Source of the DNA: Alphaproteobacteria bacterium
GTDB taxonomy: Bacteria; Pseudomonadota; Alphaproteobacteria; Bin95
Assembly: GCA_963665325.3 (NCBI GenBank)
Contig: CAXXWS020000003.1
Coordinates: 128,001-192,000, forward strand
Reading direction: 5' to 3'
DNA: 64,000 nt
Shown here: one piece after another, positions 1 to 10,080 of the stretch
Numbering within the stretch: the first letter of the stretch is position 1
How the letters are laid out: each line of letters begins with the position of its first letter
Position numbers and translations under genes: made by a program
Notes under the pieces: generated by a model
Databases searched by the model: none
Told to the model about the DNA's origin: nothing
The model's input: only the letters and a program-made list of their open reading frames with translations

Positions 1-73
1 CGGCCGGCTCGCCTGAACCGTAACCCGCCTCCCGTCCGCCGACCCGATCCTCCAGCGAAGGAAACGCCTGCCC

Positions 74-646
74 TTGTCCCTATCTCCGCCCGCAATCCGC
101 CGCCATCTCCACAGCCGCCAGGTCCGCTGCGAGGGCTTCCTGCGCGAGGACGGCCTCTGGGACCTCGAGGCCGAACTCGTCGATTCGAAGACCTACGCTT
201 TCGAGAACTACTGGCGCGGGCAAGTCAAGCCGGGCGTCCCGGTGCACCGGATGCGGGTGCGGCTCACTCTCGACGACCGCCTGACGATCCTCGCTGCAGA
301 GGCGGAGACACTGGAGAGTCCCTATGCCGTTTGCGGGAACGCCGCCGGCAATTTCTCCCGGCTCGTCGGGCTGCGTATCGGCCCCGGCTGGATGCGCCGG
401 GTCAAGGAACGATACGGCAGGACTGCCGGCTGCACCCACATCCTGGAGCTGCTCTATCCGCTCGGCACGAGCGCCTACCAGACGCTCGGCCCCTGGCACG
501 AGCACCAGCGCCGCCAGGCCGGCATGACCGAGGCGGAAAGCATGAAGGGAGGGCCGGCGCTCGATTCATGCATGGCTTTCGCCCGGTCGAGTCCTGTGGT
601 CAGGACGCTCTGGCCGGAGGAACACCGCGAGGCGGAACCGGCCTAG
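74..646 (+). CDS. DUF2889 family protein
   Basis: RRHLHSRQVRCEGFLREDGLWDLEAELVDSK and GCTHILELL motifs typical of DUF2889. Confidence 0.8.
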   Translation: MSLSPPAIRRHLHSRQVRCEGFLREDGLWDLEAELVDSKTYAFENYWRGQVKPGVPVHRMRVRLTLDDRLTILAAEAETLESPYAVCGNAAGNFSRLVGLRIGPGWMRRVKERYGRTAGCTHILELLYPLGTSAYQTLGPWHEHQRRQAGMTEAESMKGGPALDSCMAFARSSPVVRTLWPEEHREAEPA

Positions 647-699
647 CCCGCATGTCCCACGAAAGTCATGGTCTGCGCGGCGCTGGTGAGAAATGCGGA

Positions 700-960
700 C
701 TATCCGTCGGTTGCCCGGATCGACAGCGCATGCACCGGCCCCGCCATTTCCTCGGCAAGCACGTCATAAACGGCCTTCTGCCGCGCCACGCGGCTCATGT
801 CCCGGAAGGCCCCGGCCGCGATCTCGACGCGGAAATGCGTCTCTCCCCCGGGCCGGGCGCCGACATGGCCGACATGCATGTGCGATTCGTCGATGACCTC
901 GAGCCGGCTCGGCCGGAAGGCCTCACGGAGCTTGCGGGCGATATCGTCGCGGACAGGCAT
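700..960 (-). CDS. bolA: BolA family protein
   Basis: LEVIDESHMHVGH...GETHFRVEI...SRVARQKAVYDVL...VHALSI; usual context next to J-domain/cobS. Confidence 0.92.
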   Translation of the reverse strand: MPVRDDIARKLREAFRPSRLEVIDESHMHVGHVGARPGGETHFRVEIAAGAFRDMSRVARQKAVYDVLAEEMAGPVHALSIRATDG

Positions 961-1010
961 GGCCCGGCCCCCTTGTTCCCTCGGCGCGGTGTTTCCATAC
1001 TCGGACCGTC

Positions 1011-1550
1011 ATGGTCTATCACACCCGACAGCGTCCCGCTCCCGGCGCCCGCTGCGAATCGCCCGGCTGCCCGGAAGCGGCCGCCTACCCCGCGCCGCGC
1101 GCGCCGGACCAGTTGCATGACTATGTCTGGTTCTGCCTGGACCATGTCCGCGCCTACAACCGCGAATGGAGCTACTGTCCCGGCATGGACCGGGCGGAGA
1201 TCGACGCGGCGGTACGCGCCAGCATGGAGTTCGGGCGGCGGCCTCTGGGCGGAGGCTTCGGCGCCCCGCCGGTCTTCAGCGACCCTTGCGACATCTTTGC
1301 CGGAGCCCACGAGCGCGCTCCGCCCTCGCGGCGCTGGCCGCCCGGAAGCCCGGAAGCGGAAGCGGCGGCCGCGATGTCGCTTTCCGACGACATGACTCTC
1401 CCTGCGCTGAAATCGCGCTATAAGGAACTGGTCAAGCACCACCACCCCGATGCCAATGGCGGCTGCCCGGCGTCGGAGGAACGAATGAAATCCATAACCC
1501 GTGCCTACCGGGTCCTGCAAGATGCGCTCTCGGCAGCGCCGGCCCGGTAA
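1011..1550 (+). CDS. J-domain (DnaJ-like) protein
   Basis: N-terminal C-x4-C...[11 protein letters not shown] and C-terminal J domain with HPD motif ([10 protein letters not shown]). Confidence 0.88.
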   Translation: MVYHTRQRPAPGARCESPGCPEAAAYPAPRAPDQLHDYVWFCLDHVRAYNREWSYCPGMDRAEIDAAVRASMEFGRRPLGGGFGAPPVFSDPCDIFAGAHERAPPSRRWPPGSPEAEAAAAMSLSDDMTLPALKSRYKELVKHHHPDANGGCPASEERMKSITRAYRVLQDALSAAPAR

Positions 1551-1578
1551 CCTGTCACCCAGCAGACTGGAAGAACGC

Positions 1579-2586
1579 ATGAGCACGATGCACGGCATCC
1601 AGAGCGACGCGCATACCCGCGAGCCCGACAAGACGATATCCGTGCGCGAGGTCTTCGGATTCGACACGGACATGATTGCGCCCGCCTTTTCGGAGCCGAA
1701 CGACTACGTGCCCGAGGTCGATCCCACCTACCATTTCGACGAACAGACCACGCTCGTGATCCTGGCCGGCTTCGCCCACAACCGCCGGGTGATGATCCAG
1801 GGCTACCACGGCACCGGCAAATCGACCCATATCGAGCAGGTCGCTGCCCGGCTGAACTGGCCGTGCATCCGCATCAACCTCGACAGCCATGTGAGCCGCA
1901 TCGATCTGGTCGGCCGTGACGCCATCGTCGTGCGCGACGGCAAGCAGGTCACCGAATTCCGCGAGGGCATGCTCCCCTGGGCGCTTCAGCATGCGACCGC
2001 GATCGTCTTCGACGAATACGATGCCGGCCGCCCGGACGTGATGTTCGTCATCCAGCGCGTGCTGGAGGTCGAGGGCAAAATGACGCTGCTCGACCAGAAC
2101 CGGGTCATCCGCCCGCATCCGTCCTTCCGGCTGTTTTCGACCTCCAACACCGTCGGCCTCGGCGACACGACCGGCCTCTATCACGGCACCCAGCAGATCA
2201 ACCAGGGCCAGATGGACCGCTGGAACGTGGTGGCGACCTTGAACTACCTGCCCGAGGACGACGAGCTGAAGATCGTCCTCGCCAAGGTGCCGGAGCTCTC
2301 CGACGAAAAGGGGCTCAAACGCGGCAAGCAGATGATCCAGCTCGCCGAACTCACCCGCCGGGGCTTCATGAACGGGGACATCTCGACCGTCATGTCGCCG
2401 CGCACCGTCATCACCTGGGCTGAGAACACGCGCATCTTCAACGATCTCGGCTTTGCGTTCCGCGTCACATTCCTCAACAAGTGCGACGAGGCGGAGCGGC
2501 CGATCGTGGCGGAATACTTCCAGCGCTGCTTCGACAGCGAGCTGCCCGAGTCGGTGGTGGCCTCGGGGATCGGCCTCACCCCATGA
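1579..2586 (+). CDS. cobS: Cobaltochelatase subunit CobS (AAA+ ATPase)
   Basis: [22 protein letters not shown] Walker [21 protein letters not shown]; start placed at ATG 1579. Confidence 0.96.
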   Translation: MSTMHGIQSDAHTREPDKTISVREVFGFDTDMIAPAFSEPNDYVPEVDPTYHFDEQTTLVILAGFAHNRRVMIQGYHGTGKSTHIEQVAARLNWPCIRINLDSHVSRIDLVGRDAIVVRDGKQVTEFREGMLPWALQHATAIVFDEYDAGRPDVMFVIQRVLEVEGKMTLLDQNRVIRPHPSFRLFSTSNTVGLGDTTGLYHGTQQINQGQMDRWNVVATLNYLPEDDELKIVLAKVPELSDEKGLKRGKQMIQLAELTRRGFMNGDISTVMSPRTVITWAENTRIFNDLGFAFRVTFLNKCDEAERPIVAEYFQRCFDSELPESVVASGIGLTP

Positions 2587-4448
2587 GTCTCACCGGCGAC
2601 AAGGAGACGCCGCTCGACGCTTTCAAGCGGGTGACCGGCGCCACGATGCGCGCCATGGGCGACATCGACGAGCTGGAAGTCTCCTTCGGTCCGGACAGGG
2701 CATCCTTGGAGCGCGGCCACGCCAAACTGCCGATGCCGGGCCGCGACCTTCCACCCGCCGAGGCCGCCTTCGTGCGCGGCGAGGCCGACTCGCTGGCGCT
2801 CCGCGAGCGCCATCACGACGCGGTGGTGCATGCCCGGCTCTCGCGGGGCGGGCCGCAGGCGCGTGCGGTGTTCGACGCGCTGGAGCAGGCGCGGGTGGAG
2901 GCCTGGGGCTCGCGTTACATGGCGGGCGCGGCGCGAAATCTCTCGGAGGCGGTCGATGAGCGTTGCCGCCGGCAGGGCTACGCCCGCGCCTCCTCCGCCG
3001 ACGATGTGCCGCTGGCGGAAGCTGTCGGGCTCTATGCCCGCGAAACCCTCTCCGGGCGGGCCGCTTCGCCCGTGGCGGCCGGGGTCCTCGACCTCTGGCG
3101 CGATTGGTTCGACCAGCGCGCGGCGGACGCCTTCGCCGATCTGGCGGGCCAGATTCACGACCAGGAGGCGTTTGCGACGCTGGCCGGGCGCCTGATGGAA
3201 GACCTGGAGCTGCTGGACGACTCCGCTTCGGGCGAAGAAGAAGGGTCCGAGGACGACGCCGACGATGCCTCCGAGGACGGCGAGGGCGACGGGGCGGAGG
3301 GCGAAAGCGACGGCACGCTGATGTCCGATGCTTCGGACATGTCGGACGCCGAAGGGGAAGATACCGGCGAGTCCGGCGATGACGACGCCGATGCGGAAAT
3401 CATGCCGGGCATGGGCGACGAGGAACCCGGGCGGTCCTCGCCGCAGGAACACCCGATGCACGGCCGCAACGACAATGCCGGTCCGGCCTACTTGCCGTGG
3501 ACGGGCGAATTCGACGAAATCATCCATGCGGACGAGCTTTGCGACGCGGACGAGCTCGCCCGGCTGCGCCATCATCTCGACCAGCAGCTCGCCAGCCTCC
3601 AGGGCGTCGTCAGCCGGCTGGCCAACCGCCTGCAGCGGCGACTGATGGCCCAGCAGGTGCGGGCCTGGCAGTTCGACCTGGAAGAGGGCCTGCTCGACGC
3701 TGCACGCCTGGCGCGCGTCGTCGCCGACCCGATCCATTCGCTGTCCTACAAGATGGAGAAGCAGACCGATTTCCGCGACACCGTGGTATCGCTGCTGATC
3801 GACAATTCCGGCTCGATGCGCGGCCGGCCGATTTCGGTGGCGGCCATGAGCGCCGACATCCTCGCGCGCACGCTGGAGCGGTGCGGCGTCAAGACCGAGG
3901 TTCTGGGCTTTACCACACGCGCCTGGAAGGGCGGGCAGTCGCGCGAGAAATGGCTGGCGGCCGGCAAGCCCGCCAATCCGGGCCGGCTGAACGACCTGCG
4001 CCATATCATCTACAAGGAAGCCGATTCGCCGCTGCGCCGGGCGCGCAAGAATCTCGGGCTGATGCTCCGCGAGGGCATCCTGAAGGAAAACATAGACGGC
4101 GAGGCGCTGCTCTGGGCGCACCACCGCCTGCTCGGCCGGCCCGAGGACAGGCGCATCCTGATGGTCATCTCCGACGGCGCTCCGGTGGACGACTCTACGC
4201 TGTCGGTCAATCCCGGCAACTATCTCGAACGCCATCTGCGCGAGGTCATCGAGTGGATCGAGACGCGCTCGCCGGTGGAACTGATCGCCATCGGCATCGG
4301 CCACGACGTGACGCGCTACTACCGCCATGCGGTGACGATCTTCGACGCCGACCAGCTCGGCGGCGCGATGATGGAGCAGCTCGCCGGCCTCTTCGACGAG
4401 GAAAGCCGCCGCCAGCAGGGGCGCAAGGCGGGCAGGCCATCGCGGTGA
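2583..4448 (+). CDS. cobT: Cobaltochelatase subunit CobT
   Basis: ATGA overlap with cobS; acidic linker; vWA domain [27 protein letters not shown]. Confidence 0.96.
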   Translation: MSLTGDKETPLDAFKRVTGATMRAMGDIDELEVSFGPDRASLERGHAKLPMPGRDLPPAEAAFVRGEADSLALRERHHDAVVHARLSRGGPQARAVFDALEQARVEAWGSRYMAGAARNLSEAVDERCRRQGYARASSADDVPLAEAVGLYARETLSGRAASPVAAGVLDLWRDWFDQRAADAFADLAGQIHDQEAFATLAGRLMEDLELLDDSASGEEEGSEDDADDASEDGEGDGAEGESDGTLMSDASDMSDAEGEDTGESGDDDADAEIMPGMGDEEPGRSSPQEHPMHGRNDNAGPAYLPWTGEFDEIIHADELCDADELARLRHHLDQQLASLQGVVSRLANRLQRRLMAQQVRAWQFDLEEGLLDAARLARVVADPIHSLSYKMEKQTDFRDTVVSLLIDNSGSMRGRPISVAAMSADILARTLERCGVKTEVLGFTTRAWKGGQSREKWLAAGKPANPGRLNDLRHIIYKEADSPLRRARKNLGLMLREGILKENIDGEALLWAHHRLLGRPEDRRILMVISDGAPVDDSTLSVNPGNYLERHLREVIEWIETRSPVELIAIGIGHDVTRYYRHAVTIFDADQLGGAMMEQLAGLFDEESRRQQGRKAGRPSR

Positions 4449-6112
4449 CCGTTCCGCTCAGGCCGCGCGCGGCGCTGGCGACGCATGAGGTCTTCAACAT
4501 GCCGCCCCACCTGGGCGACCGGGACCTGTGGACGCAGGATGCGGCGCTGCGGGAGGGCGTGCGGCGCGAGGGGGCGGCCTGGGCCGAGGAGCGCATCGCC
4601 GCGTTCGGGCGCCTTGTCGGCCGCGCCGATGTGGCGGAGAAGGCGGAAAAGGCCAACCGCCACGGCCCGGAACTGAAACCGTTCGACCGCTACGGCATGC
4701 GGATCGACCGGGTCGAATACCACCCCGCCTATCACGACCTTGTGGCGCTCGCGGTCGAGAACGAGGTTGCGAGCTTCGCCTGGAACCATGCCGGGCCGGG
4801 CGCGCATGTCGGCCACATGGCGCTGACCTATCTGTTCAGTCAGATGGAAGGCGGCGCGATGTGCCCGATGGCGATGACCTATGCGGCGATCCCCGCACTC
4901 AACGCGTCGCCGGAAATCGCCGAAGCCTGGATCCCCCGCCTGCTGTCGAACCGCTATGACGGGCGCGACGTGCCGGTCGAACAAAAGCCCGGCGCCACCA
5001 TCGGCATGTTCATGACCGAGAAGCAGGGCGGTTCGGACGTCCGTTCCAACTCGACGCTTGCCAGGCCCGCGGATGGCGCGGCGGACGGGTCCTGGCGGCT
5101 TATCGGGCACAAATATTTCTGCTCCGCGCCCATGTCCGACGCCTTCCTGACGCTCGCCCGGACCGATGCCGGCATTTCCTGCTTCCTGCTGCCGCGCTGG
5201 ACCCCGGACGGGGAACGCAACGCCATTTCGATCCAGCATCTCAAGGACAAGCTCGGCAACCGCTCCAACGCCTCGGTGGAGATCGAGTTCGAGGATGCCT
5301 GGGCGGTCATGGTCGGCGAGGACGGGCGCGGCATCCGCACGATCATCGACATGGTGCAGGGCAACCGGCTCTATTGCGCTGTCAGCTCAGCGGCGATCAT
5401 GCGCCAGGGCGTCGCACAGGCCCTTCACCACACCCGCCACCGCAGCGCCTTCCAGCGCCGGCTCGTCGACCAGCCGCTGATGCGCAATGTGCTGGCCGAC
5501 CTGGCGCTCGAAGCCGAGGCGGCGCTGGCGCTTGGCCTCCGGATTGCGCGCGCCGTGGACGAGGCCGGCGACGGCCCGGAGGCGCAGGCATTTGCGCGCA
5601 TCGGCACGGCGATCGCCAAATACTGGGTCTGCAAGCGCGCCCCGGGCCATGCCTTCGAGGCGCTGGAGTGCCATGGCGGGCCCGGATATGTCGAGGACGG
5701 GCCGATGGCCCGGCTCTACCGCGAGGCGCCGCTCAACAGCATCTGGGAAGGCTCGGGCAATGTGCTCTGCCTCGACGTGCTGCGCGCCATGGCCCGGCAG
5801 GAGGAGGCCGTGCCGGCACTGCTGGCCGAGCTCGACGCCGCCCGCGGCGCGCACCCGGCGCTCGACAGGGCAGCCGACGCGCTCAGGGACGACCTCGCAA
5901 GGCCGGAAGAGTTCGAGACCGGCGCCCGCGCACTCACCGAGCGGATGGCACTGGCGCTGCAGGCCTCGCTGCTCGTCCGCCACGCGCCGCCGGCCGTCTC
6001 TGACGCCTTCTGCGCCGCTCGGCTGGGCGAACGCTGGACCGGCGCCTACGGCACCCTTCCGCCCGCAACCGACACCGACGCCATCCTCGCCCGCGCCCTG
6101 CCGGCGGCGTGA
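4445..6112 (+). CDS. AidB-like acyl-CoA dehydrogenase
   Basis: [46 protein letters not shown]; GTG start overlapping the cobT stop. Confidence 0.9.
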   Translation: MTVPLRPRAALATHEVFNMPPHLGDRDLWTQDAALREGVRREGAAWAEERIAAFGRLVGRADVAEKAEKANRHGPELKPFDRYGMRIDRVEYHPAYHDLVALAVENEVASFAWNHAGPGAHVGHMALTYLFSQMEGGAMCPMAMTYAAIPALNASPEIAEAWIPRLLSNRYDGRDVPVEQKPGATIGMFMTEKQGGSDVRSNSTLARPADGAADGSWRLIGHKYFCSAPMSDAFLTLARTDAGISCFLLPRWTPDGERNAISIQHLKDKLGNRSNASVEIEFEDAWAVMVGEDGRGIRTIIDMVQGNRLYCAVSSAAIMRQGVAQALHHTRHRSAFQRRLVDQPLMRNVLADLALEAEAALALGLRIARAVDEAGDGPEAQAFARIGTAIAKYWVCKRAPGHAFEALECHGGPGYVEDGPMARLYREAPLNSIWEGSGNVLCLDVLRAMARQEEAVPALLAELDAARGAHPALDRAADALRDDLARPEEFETGARALTERMALALQASLLVRHAPPAVSDAFCAARLGERWTGAYGTLPPATDTDAILARALPAA

Positions 6113-6306
6113 CGCGACGGCGAAAGAACGGTATCCGACAGGCCCGGGCCGGTATGAGAGCCCCGCCGACTCTGTCGCCGCCCCGCCCCTGAGCCGAGGC
6201 CATCCACGGGCCCGCAAGCCGGCCACTGGCTGCGCTTCACGGCAGTCTATACTGTGGCGAGGTCACAGGTTCGAAACCCGATCACGACATGCGGGCGACC
6301 GGCAGC

Positions 6307-6849
6307 ATGAAGCCAAGACCCCGAGCTATCATCCGGCGGCATATTCTCGCGCTTGCTGCGCTTGCAATCGCGATACTGTTCTTCGCCTACGACATTGTCG
6401 CGGACTGGTTGTACGAAGACGAATACGGGACCTTTCACTTTCTTGTCGAACTCGTCGTGTTTGTCGGCGTATCCATGGCGCTCATTTTCGGCCTCAGGGA
6501 CCTGCGCCGATTGCGCGTTCGGTTGAACCGCGAGGAGCACCGGAACAGGCTGTTCTCCACGGCGCTCGCGGAAAGCATCGACGAGCAGTTGGATGAATGG
6601 CGGATGACCCGGAGCGAAAAAGACGTCGCCTGGTTCATTATCAAGGGGTACCGCTTTGCCGAGATCGCCAGGATCCGCGGAGTCAAGGAAAGCACAGCGC
6701 GGTTGCAGGCCACTTCTCTCTATGCGAAGGCCGACGTAAACGGGCGGGCGGAATTCGTTGCCGAAATCATTCAGCCGCTGCTGATGTCCATTCCGAGCGA
6801 CTCCTCACCTCGCGACAGCGAAGCCGGCGGCAGGACGAATCCACCTTGA
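6307..6849 (+). CDS. Membrane-anchored LuxR-family helix-turn-helix regulator
   Basis: Two N-terminal hydrophobic helices; C-terminal LuxR HTH (MTRSEKDVAWFIIKGYRFAEIARIRGVKESTARLQATSLYAKADVNGRAE). Confidence 0.85.
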   Translation: MKPRPRAIIRRHILALAALAIAILFFAYDIVADWLYEDEYGTFHFLVELVVFVGVSMALIFGLRDLRRLRVRLNREEHRNRLFSTALAESIDEQLDEWRMTRSEKDVAWFIIKGYRFAEIARIRGVKESTARLQATSLYAKADVNGRAEFVAEIIQPLLMSIPSDSSPRDSEAGGRTNPP

Positions 6850-8408
6850 AGCCGCGACAAGTTCCCGGTGGCGACACCTGGTTCTGCATTCGGCGAAACG
6901 GATCGGTCCGGCGCAAGGGTTGGATCGAGGGCGGCCCGCTGGCCGGGATACGCCGCATTGTCGGCGCGCGCTCCGATGAGGCAGTGGAATTGTGCATTGC
7001 CAGCGACTTCCGGCGCGTAGCGCACAAGCGTTTCGCACGCGCGTTCTATCCTCGCGCCTGCGGACTGGTCGGGATGGAGGTGGCTTTCCGCGGTGAGATT
7101 GTCCGCTTCGCGCCAACACACATGCTGGCTGCCAACCTTGGGTTCCGCCGCGCTCTGGAGAGATTCCTCGACGAGCGGGAGGCCAGCCGCGACGACTTCG
7201 CGAGAGAGGGCGCTCTCCGCGCCTTCCGCGCCGAGCAGTACCTGTTGCCCCCGGGAAACGGGCGCGGGCCTGTAGAGCTTTTTCGCGGCGGGACCCTGGT
7301 TGAAGCCGTATCGACCGGCGACACGGACTGCGCGGCGGACCTTGAAGACGGAATCGGGCAGTGGATGCTTCGCAACCTGTCCGCTGACGGAGCGCTGCCT
7401 TACAAATACTGGCCGAGCCGCGGCACGGAATCGCCTGCGGACAATGCTATTCGCCGCTTCCTGGCATCGTTGTCCCTCGCTCGTCTGGGCGAGTTCCGCC
7501 GCTCTGCGGAAATCCGCGAAGCCGCACGGCGAAACCTGCGCTTCAACCTGGCGCGGTATTTTCGGGCGATAGGCGGCGGTCGAGGAGCCATCGTGGAGCG
7601 CACCGGAGCGAAGCTCGGCGCCGCCGCGCTCGCCGGGCTGGCAATTATCGAAAATCCTGCGAGAGAAGAGTTTGCCGACGAACTGGCCATGCTGGCGGCA
7701 GGCATCGAGTCTCTTGCGGACGACGAGCATGGGTTCCGCACGTTCTTTTTCCCGGCCGAGCGCGATGGCGAGAATTGGAACTTCTATTCCGGGGAAGCAC
7801 TGCTGTTCTGGGCCGAGGCGGCGCGAAGAGGGCTTTCGATTGCGCCGAGCCTGGAGCGGTGCGCCTCAGCGTTCGAGCGGTGTCGCGAAAGGCACTATCG
7901 GAAACGGAATCCTGCTTTCGTGCCTTGGCACACCCAGGCTTGCGCGTCGTTGTTCGCCCAGACCGGGCGGCGCGAATTCGCGGAATTCGTGCTGGAGGCG
8001 AACGACTGGCTCCTGGCGATGCAGCAGTGGGACGGACTCGATCCCGACTTGCGCGGGAGGTTCTACAATCCGCGCCGTCCCGAATTCGGCCCGCCGCACG
8101 CGGCGTCCACCGGAGCGTATCTGGAAGGGCTGGCGGACGCAGCAGCGCTGGCCCGTGCGCTCGGCGAAACGCGGCGGGCTTCGAGCTACGAGCGGGCCAT
8201 TCGTCGTGGGCTGAGGTCCCTGCGGCAACTGCAATTTAGAGATTGGCGCGACATGTACTATGTCTCCAGGACACGCCGCGTTCTTGGCGCATTGCGGACA
8301 GAAGTTTACGACAACGCCGTGCGAGTAGACTCAGCGGCCCACGCCCTCCTGGCGGCGATCAAGATACTCAGACCAATGGAATTCGATAGCCGCCCTTCAG
8401 ACGTGTGA
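6846..8408 (+). CDS. Uncharacterised protein: AMMECR1-like N-terminus plus alpha/alpha-toroid (six-hairpin-like) domain
   Basis: TTGA overlap with the LuxR stop; motifs YKYWPS, NFYSGEALLFW, PAFVPWHTQA, STGAYLEGL, VRVDSAAHAL; family assignment is from recalled similarity only. Confidence 0.6.
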   Translation: MKPRQVPGGDTWFCIRRNGSVRRKGWIEGGPLAGIRRIVGARSDEAVELCIASDFRRVAHKRFARAFYPRACGLVGMEVAFRGEIVRFAPTHMLAANLGFRRALERFLDEREASRDDFAREGALRAFRAEQYLLPPGNGRGPVELFRGGTLVEAVSTGDTDCAADLEDGIGQWMLRNLSADGALPYKYWPSRGTESPADNAIRRFLASLSLARLGEFRRSAEIREAARRNLRFNLARYFRAIGGGRGAIVERTGAKLGAAALAGLAIIENPAREEFADELAMLAAGIESLADDEHGFRTFFFPAERDGENWNFYSGEALLFWAEAARRGLSIAPSLERCASAFERCRERHYRKRNPAFVPWHTQACASLFAQTGRREFAEFVLEANDWLLAMQQWDGLDPDLRGRFYNPRRPEFGPPHAASTGAYLEGLADAAALARALGETRRASSYERAIRRGLRSLRQLQFRDWRDMYYVSRTRRVLGALRTEVYDNAVRVDSAAHALLAAIKILRPMEFDSRPSDV

Positions 8409-9044
8409 CCGCGACGATGTTTCAGGGTGAGGGGGCAAGACGTGGAGCCCGCGGCCAGGGGCCGGGAGGACATCGAATATCAGATGTACACGGGGCTCGG
8501 AGGAAGGATTGTCGGCGAAGTGCCGAGCCTTGTTGTCGAATGCCCAGAGCTCTCCCTCATGCATCACGACAGTCTCGTCGCCGGCGGTAAGCGGACTTCC
8601 CTCTGCGCTCTTCAAGACCAGATGCAGCCGGTCCCGGACCCGGTAGTAAGCCCCGGCATCGACATGGGGGAAAACCCGGCATTGCGGCAACAGCGTCACC
8701 AGGGTCGCCCGCCCCAGCCCGGCTTCGAGCTCAGCGGCAACCCGCTCGCAGAACGCCAATGCGAGAGGAAGTTTCCCGGCTGCCGGTGTAAGCCGGCTCT
8801 CATGGACATCGTTGGCATTCCTTGCACCCGGCGGAAGCGGCTTTTTCGGCGCGCGGAGGAAGATGTTCCGGGTATGGCGTTGGCAACGAACCTTTCGCTG
8901 ACGACTCGTGTCCACCGACCACATTTCCGGCGCGGCATCCAATTCTCTCAACAACGGAACGATGTCCACGCATTCTGCGATCCGGGTGAAATGGGCCCGG
9001 CCGTCTGCAATTCCGGAGTTCGTCATCGTCTTTCTCCCCGACAT
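8397..9044 (-). CDS. Aspartyl/asparaginyl beta-hydroxylase family Fe(II)/2-oxoglutarate dioxygenase
   Basis: PHVD (HxD), RLHLVL, GELWAFDNKARH (distal His), PRVHLIFDV pattern of PF05118-type enzymes; no signal peptide. Confidence 0.85.
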   Translation of the reverse strand: MSGRKTMTNSGIADGRAHFTRIAECVDIVPLLRELDAAPEMWSVDTSRQRKVRCQRHTRNIFLRAPKKPLPPGARNANDVHESRLTPAAGKLPLALAFCERVAAELEAGLGRATLVTLLPQCRVFPHVDAGAYYRVRDRLHLVLKSAEGSPLTAGDETVVMHEGELWAFDNKARHFADNPSSEPRVHLIFDVLPAPGRGLHVLPPHPETSSRSHV

Positions 9045-9050
9045 AAACCT

Positions 9051-9296
9051 TCAGGATCCGGCTGGAGTCGCGCCGCAGGCGCGGGCCTGTTCTCTCATTG
9101 AGGCGTAGTCTTTCAGCATCGCAACGATCGCCGAGTCCTCGGGCAGCCGTTCGATCTCGCTCGCGGCCCGCTCCCGGAAGTCTGCGGCATAAGCGACCAG
9201 GGACGGACAGGCACCTGTAGACCCGGTTTCAGAAGCTCCCGTCGCGCAGGCCGTCAACAAGACCGTCGCGGCCGCCAGACTGATTATTCGTCTCAT
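9051..9296 (-). CDS. Small lipoprotein, Rz1/o-spanin-like
   Basis: 81 aa, [17 protein letters not shown] with lipobox LTAC (Cys17); CPSLVAY...[24 protein letters not shown] resembles lipoproteins of alphaproteobacterial prophage lysis cassettes (recalled similarity). Confidence 0.7.
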   Translation of the reverse strand: MRRIISLAAATVLLTACATGASETGSTGACPSLVAYAADFRERAASEIERLPEDSAIVAMLKDYASMREQARACGATPAGS

Positions 9297-9981
9297 TGTT
9301 GCCGCCCTTGCTGCCGTCGCCATCTCCGTCACCATCGCCATCCCCGTCGCCATCGCCGTCGCCATCCCCATCCCCGTCACCGTCGCCATCGCCGTCTCCG
9401 TCTCCGTCGCCATCGCCGTCTCCGTCTCCGTCGCCATCGCCGTCTCCGTCTCCGTCGCCATCGCCGTCTCCGTCCCCGTCCCCATCGCCGTCTCCATCCC
9501 CGTCGCCGTCTCCATCCCCGTCGCCGTCTCCATCCCCGTCGCCATCGCCGTCCCCATCCCCGTCGCCGTCTCCGTCCCCATCCCCGTCGCCGTCCCCATC
9601 CCCGTCTCCGTCTCCGTCCCCGTCTCCGTCTCCGTCTCCGTCCCCGTCGCCGTCTCCGTCCCCATCCCCGTCGCCGTCCCCATCCCCGTCGCCGTCTCCG
9701 TCTCCATCGCCGTCGCCGTCTCCGTCCCCGTCGCCATCGCCATCGCCGTCTCCGTCCCCGTCGCCATCGCCATCGCCATCGCCGTCTCCGTCCCCGTCCC
9801 CGTCGCCATCGCCATCGCCGTTGGCGCGAGCTTCCTGGAAAATATGAGGTGGCGCTTTTCCACCCAGAATGTGGATTCCGTTGCTCATCGTCAGGACAAA
9901 CGTCACAAGGAGGCCGCTCAGAGCCAGAGCCAGTCGCCGCAGAAAAGTCGGTGTACGCCCGTGAACCTTCTTCGAATTCAT
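9229..9981 (-). CDS. Exported or membrane-anchored poly(Gly-Asp) protein with (GD)84
   Basis: GGGAG RBS before ATG 9981; basic N-terminus and hydrophobic [17 protein letters not shown]; ARA-N then 84 GD units with variation only at third codon positions; 28-aa tail. Confidence 0.75.
   Translation of the reverse strand: MNSKKVHGRTPTFLRRLALALSGLLVTFVLTMSNGIHILGGKAPPHIFQEARANGDGDGDGDGDGDGDGDGDGDGDGDGDGDGDGDGDGDGDGDGDGDGDGDGDGDGDGDGDGDGDGDGDGDGDGDGDGDGDGDGDGDGDGDGDGDGDGDGDGDGDGDGDGDGDGDGDGDGDGDGDGDGDGDGDGDGDGDGDGDGDGDGDGDGDGDGDGDGDGDGDGDGDGDGSKGGNNETNNQSGGRDGLVDGLRDGSF
9316..9819 (-). repeat. 504-bp hexanucleotide tandem repeat (GGN GAY)x84
   Basis: Directly visible; contains higher-order units such as three identical 24-mers at 9385-9456. 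Confidence 0.97.
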
Positions 9982-10058
9982 GACGCCTGCTCCCGCGAAT
10001 CCATCGGGTTTCACGGAAGAGCGTCCCGCTATTCGAATGGCGGCGCCACAGCCCTTTG

Positions 10059-10080
10059 TTATAAGAGCTGCCACTTATAA
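10059..10080. promoter_or_regulatory. AT-rich inverted repeat TTATAAG-N8-CTTATAA upstream of the poly-GD gene
   Basis: Perfect 7-bp arms about 80-100 bp upstream of ATG 9981 in a GC-rich background. Confidence 0.5.

Noticed and set aside
3200-3480. Asp/Glu-rich low-complexity stretch in cobT
   Set aside because: Normal acidic linker of CobT, unrelated to the GD tract.
700-4448. cobS-cobT without cobN as a novel chelatase or chaperone system
   Set aside because: bolA, J-domain, cobS and cobT form a common alphaproteobacterial arrangement; cobN is normally elsewhere.
9316-9819. Possible CRISPR array
   Set aside because: Hexamer tandem repeat with no unique spacers and no cas genes.
9296-9847. 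Plus-strand poly(Pro-Ser) ORF
   Set aside because: Antisense shadow of the GD repeat. It is also invariant as protein, but it has only a weak TTG start, no RBS, no targeting signal and almost no unique sequence, while the GD frame has all of these and fits the operon direction.
9051-9863. 270-aa Thr/Ala/Met-rich ORF in frame with the lipoprotein
   Set aside because: Repeat variation is non-synonymous in this frame and the lipoprotein signal must be N-terminal; the real start is ATG 9296.
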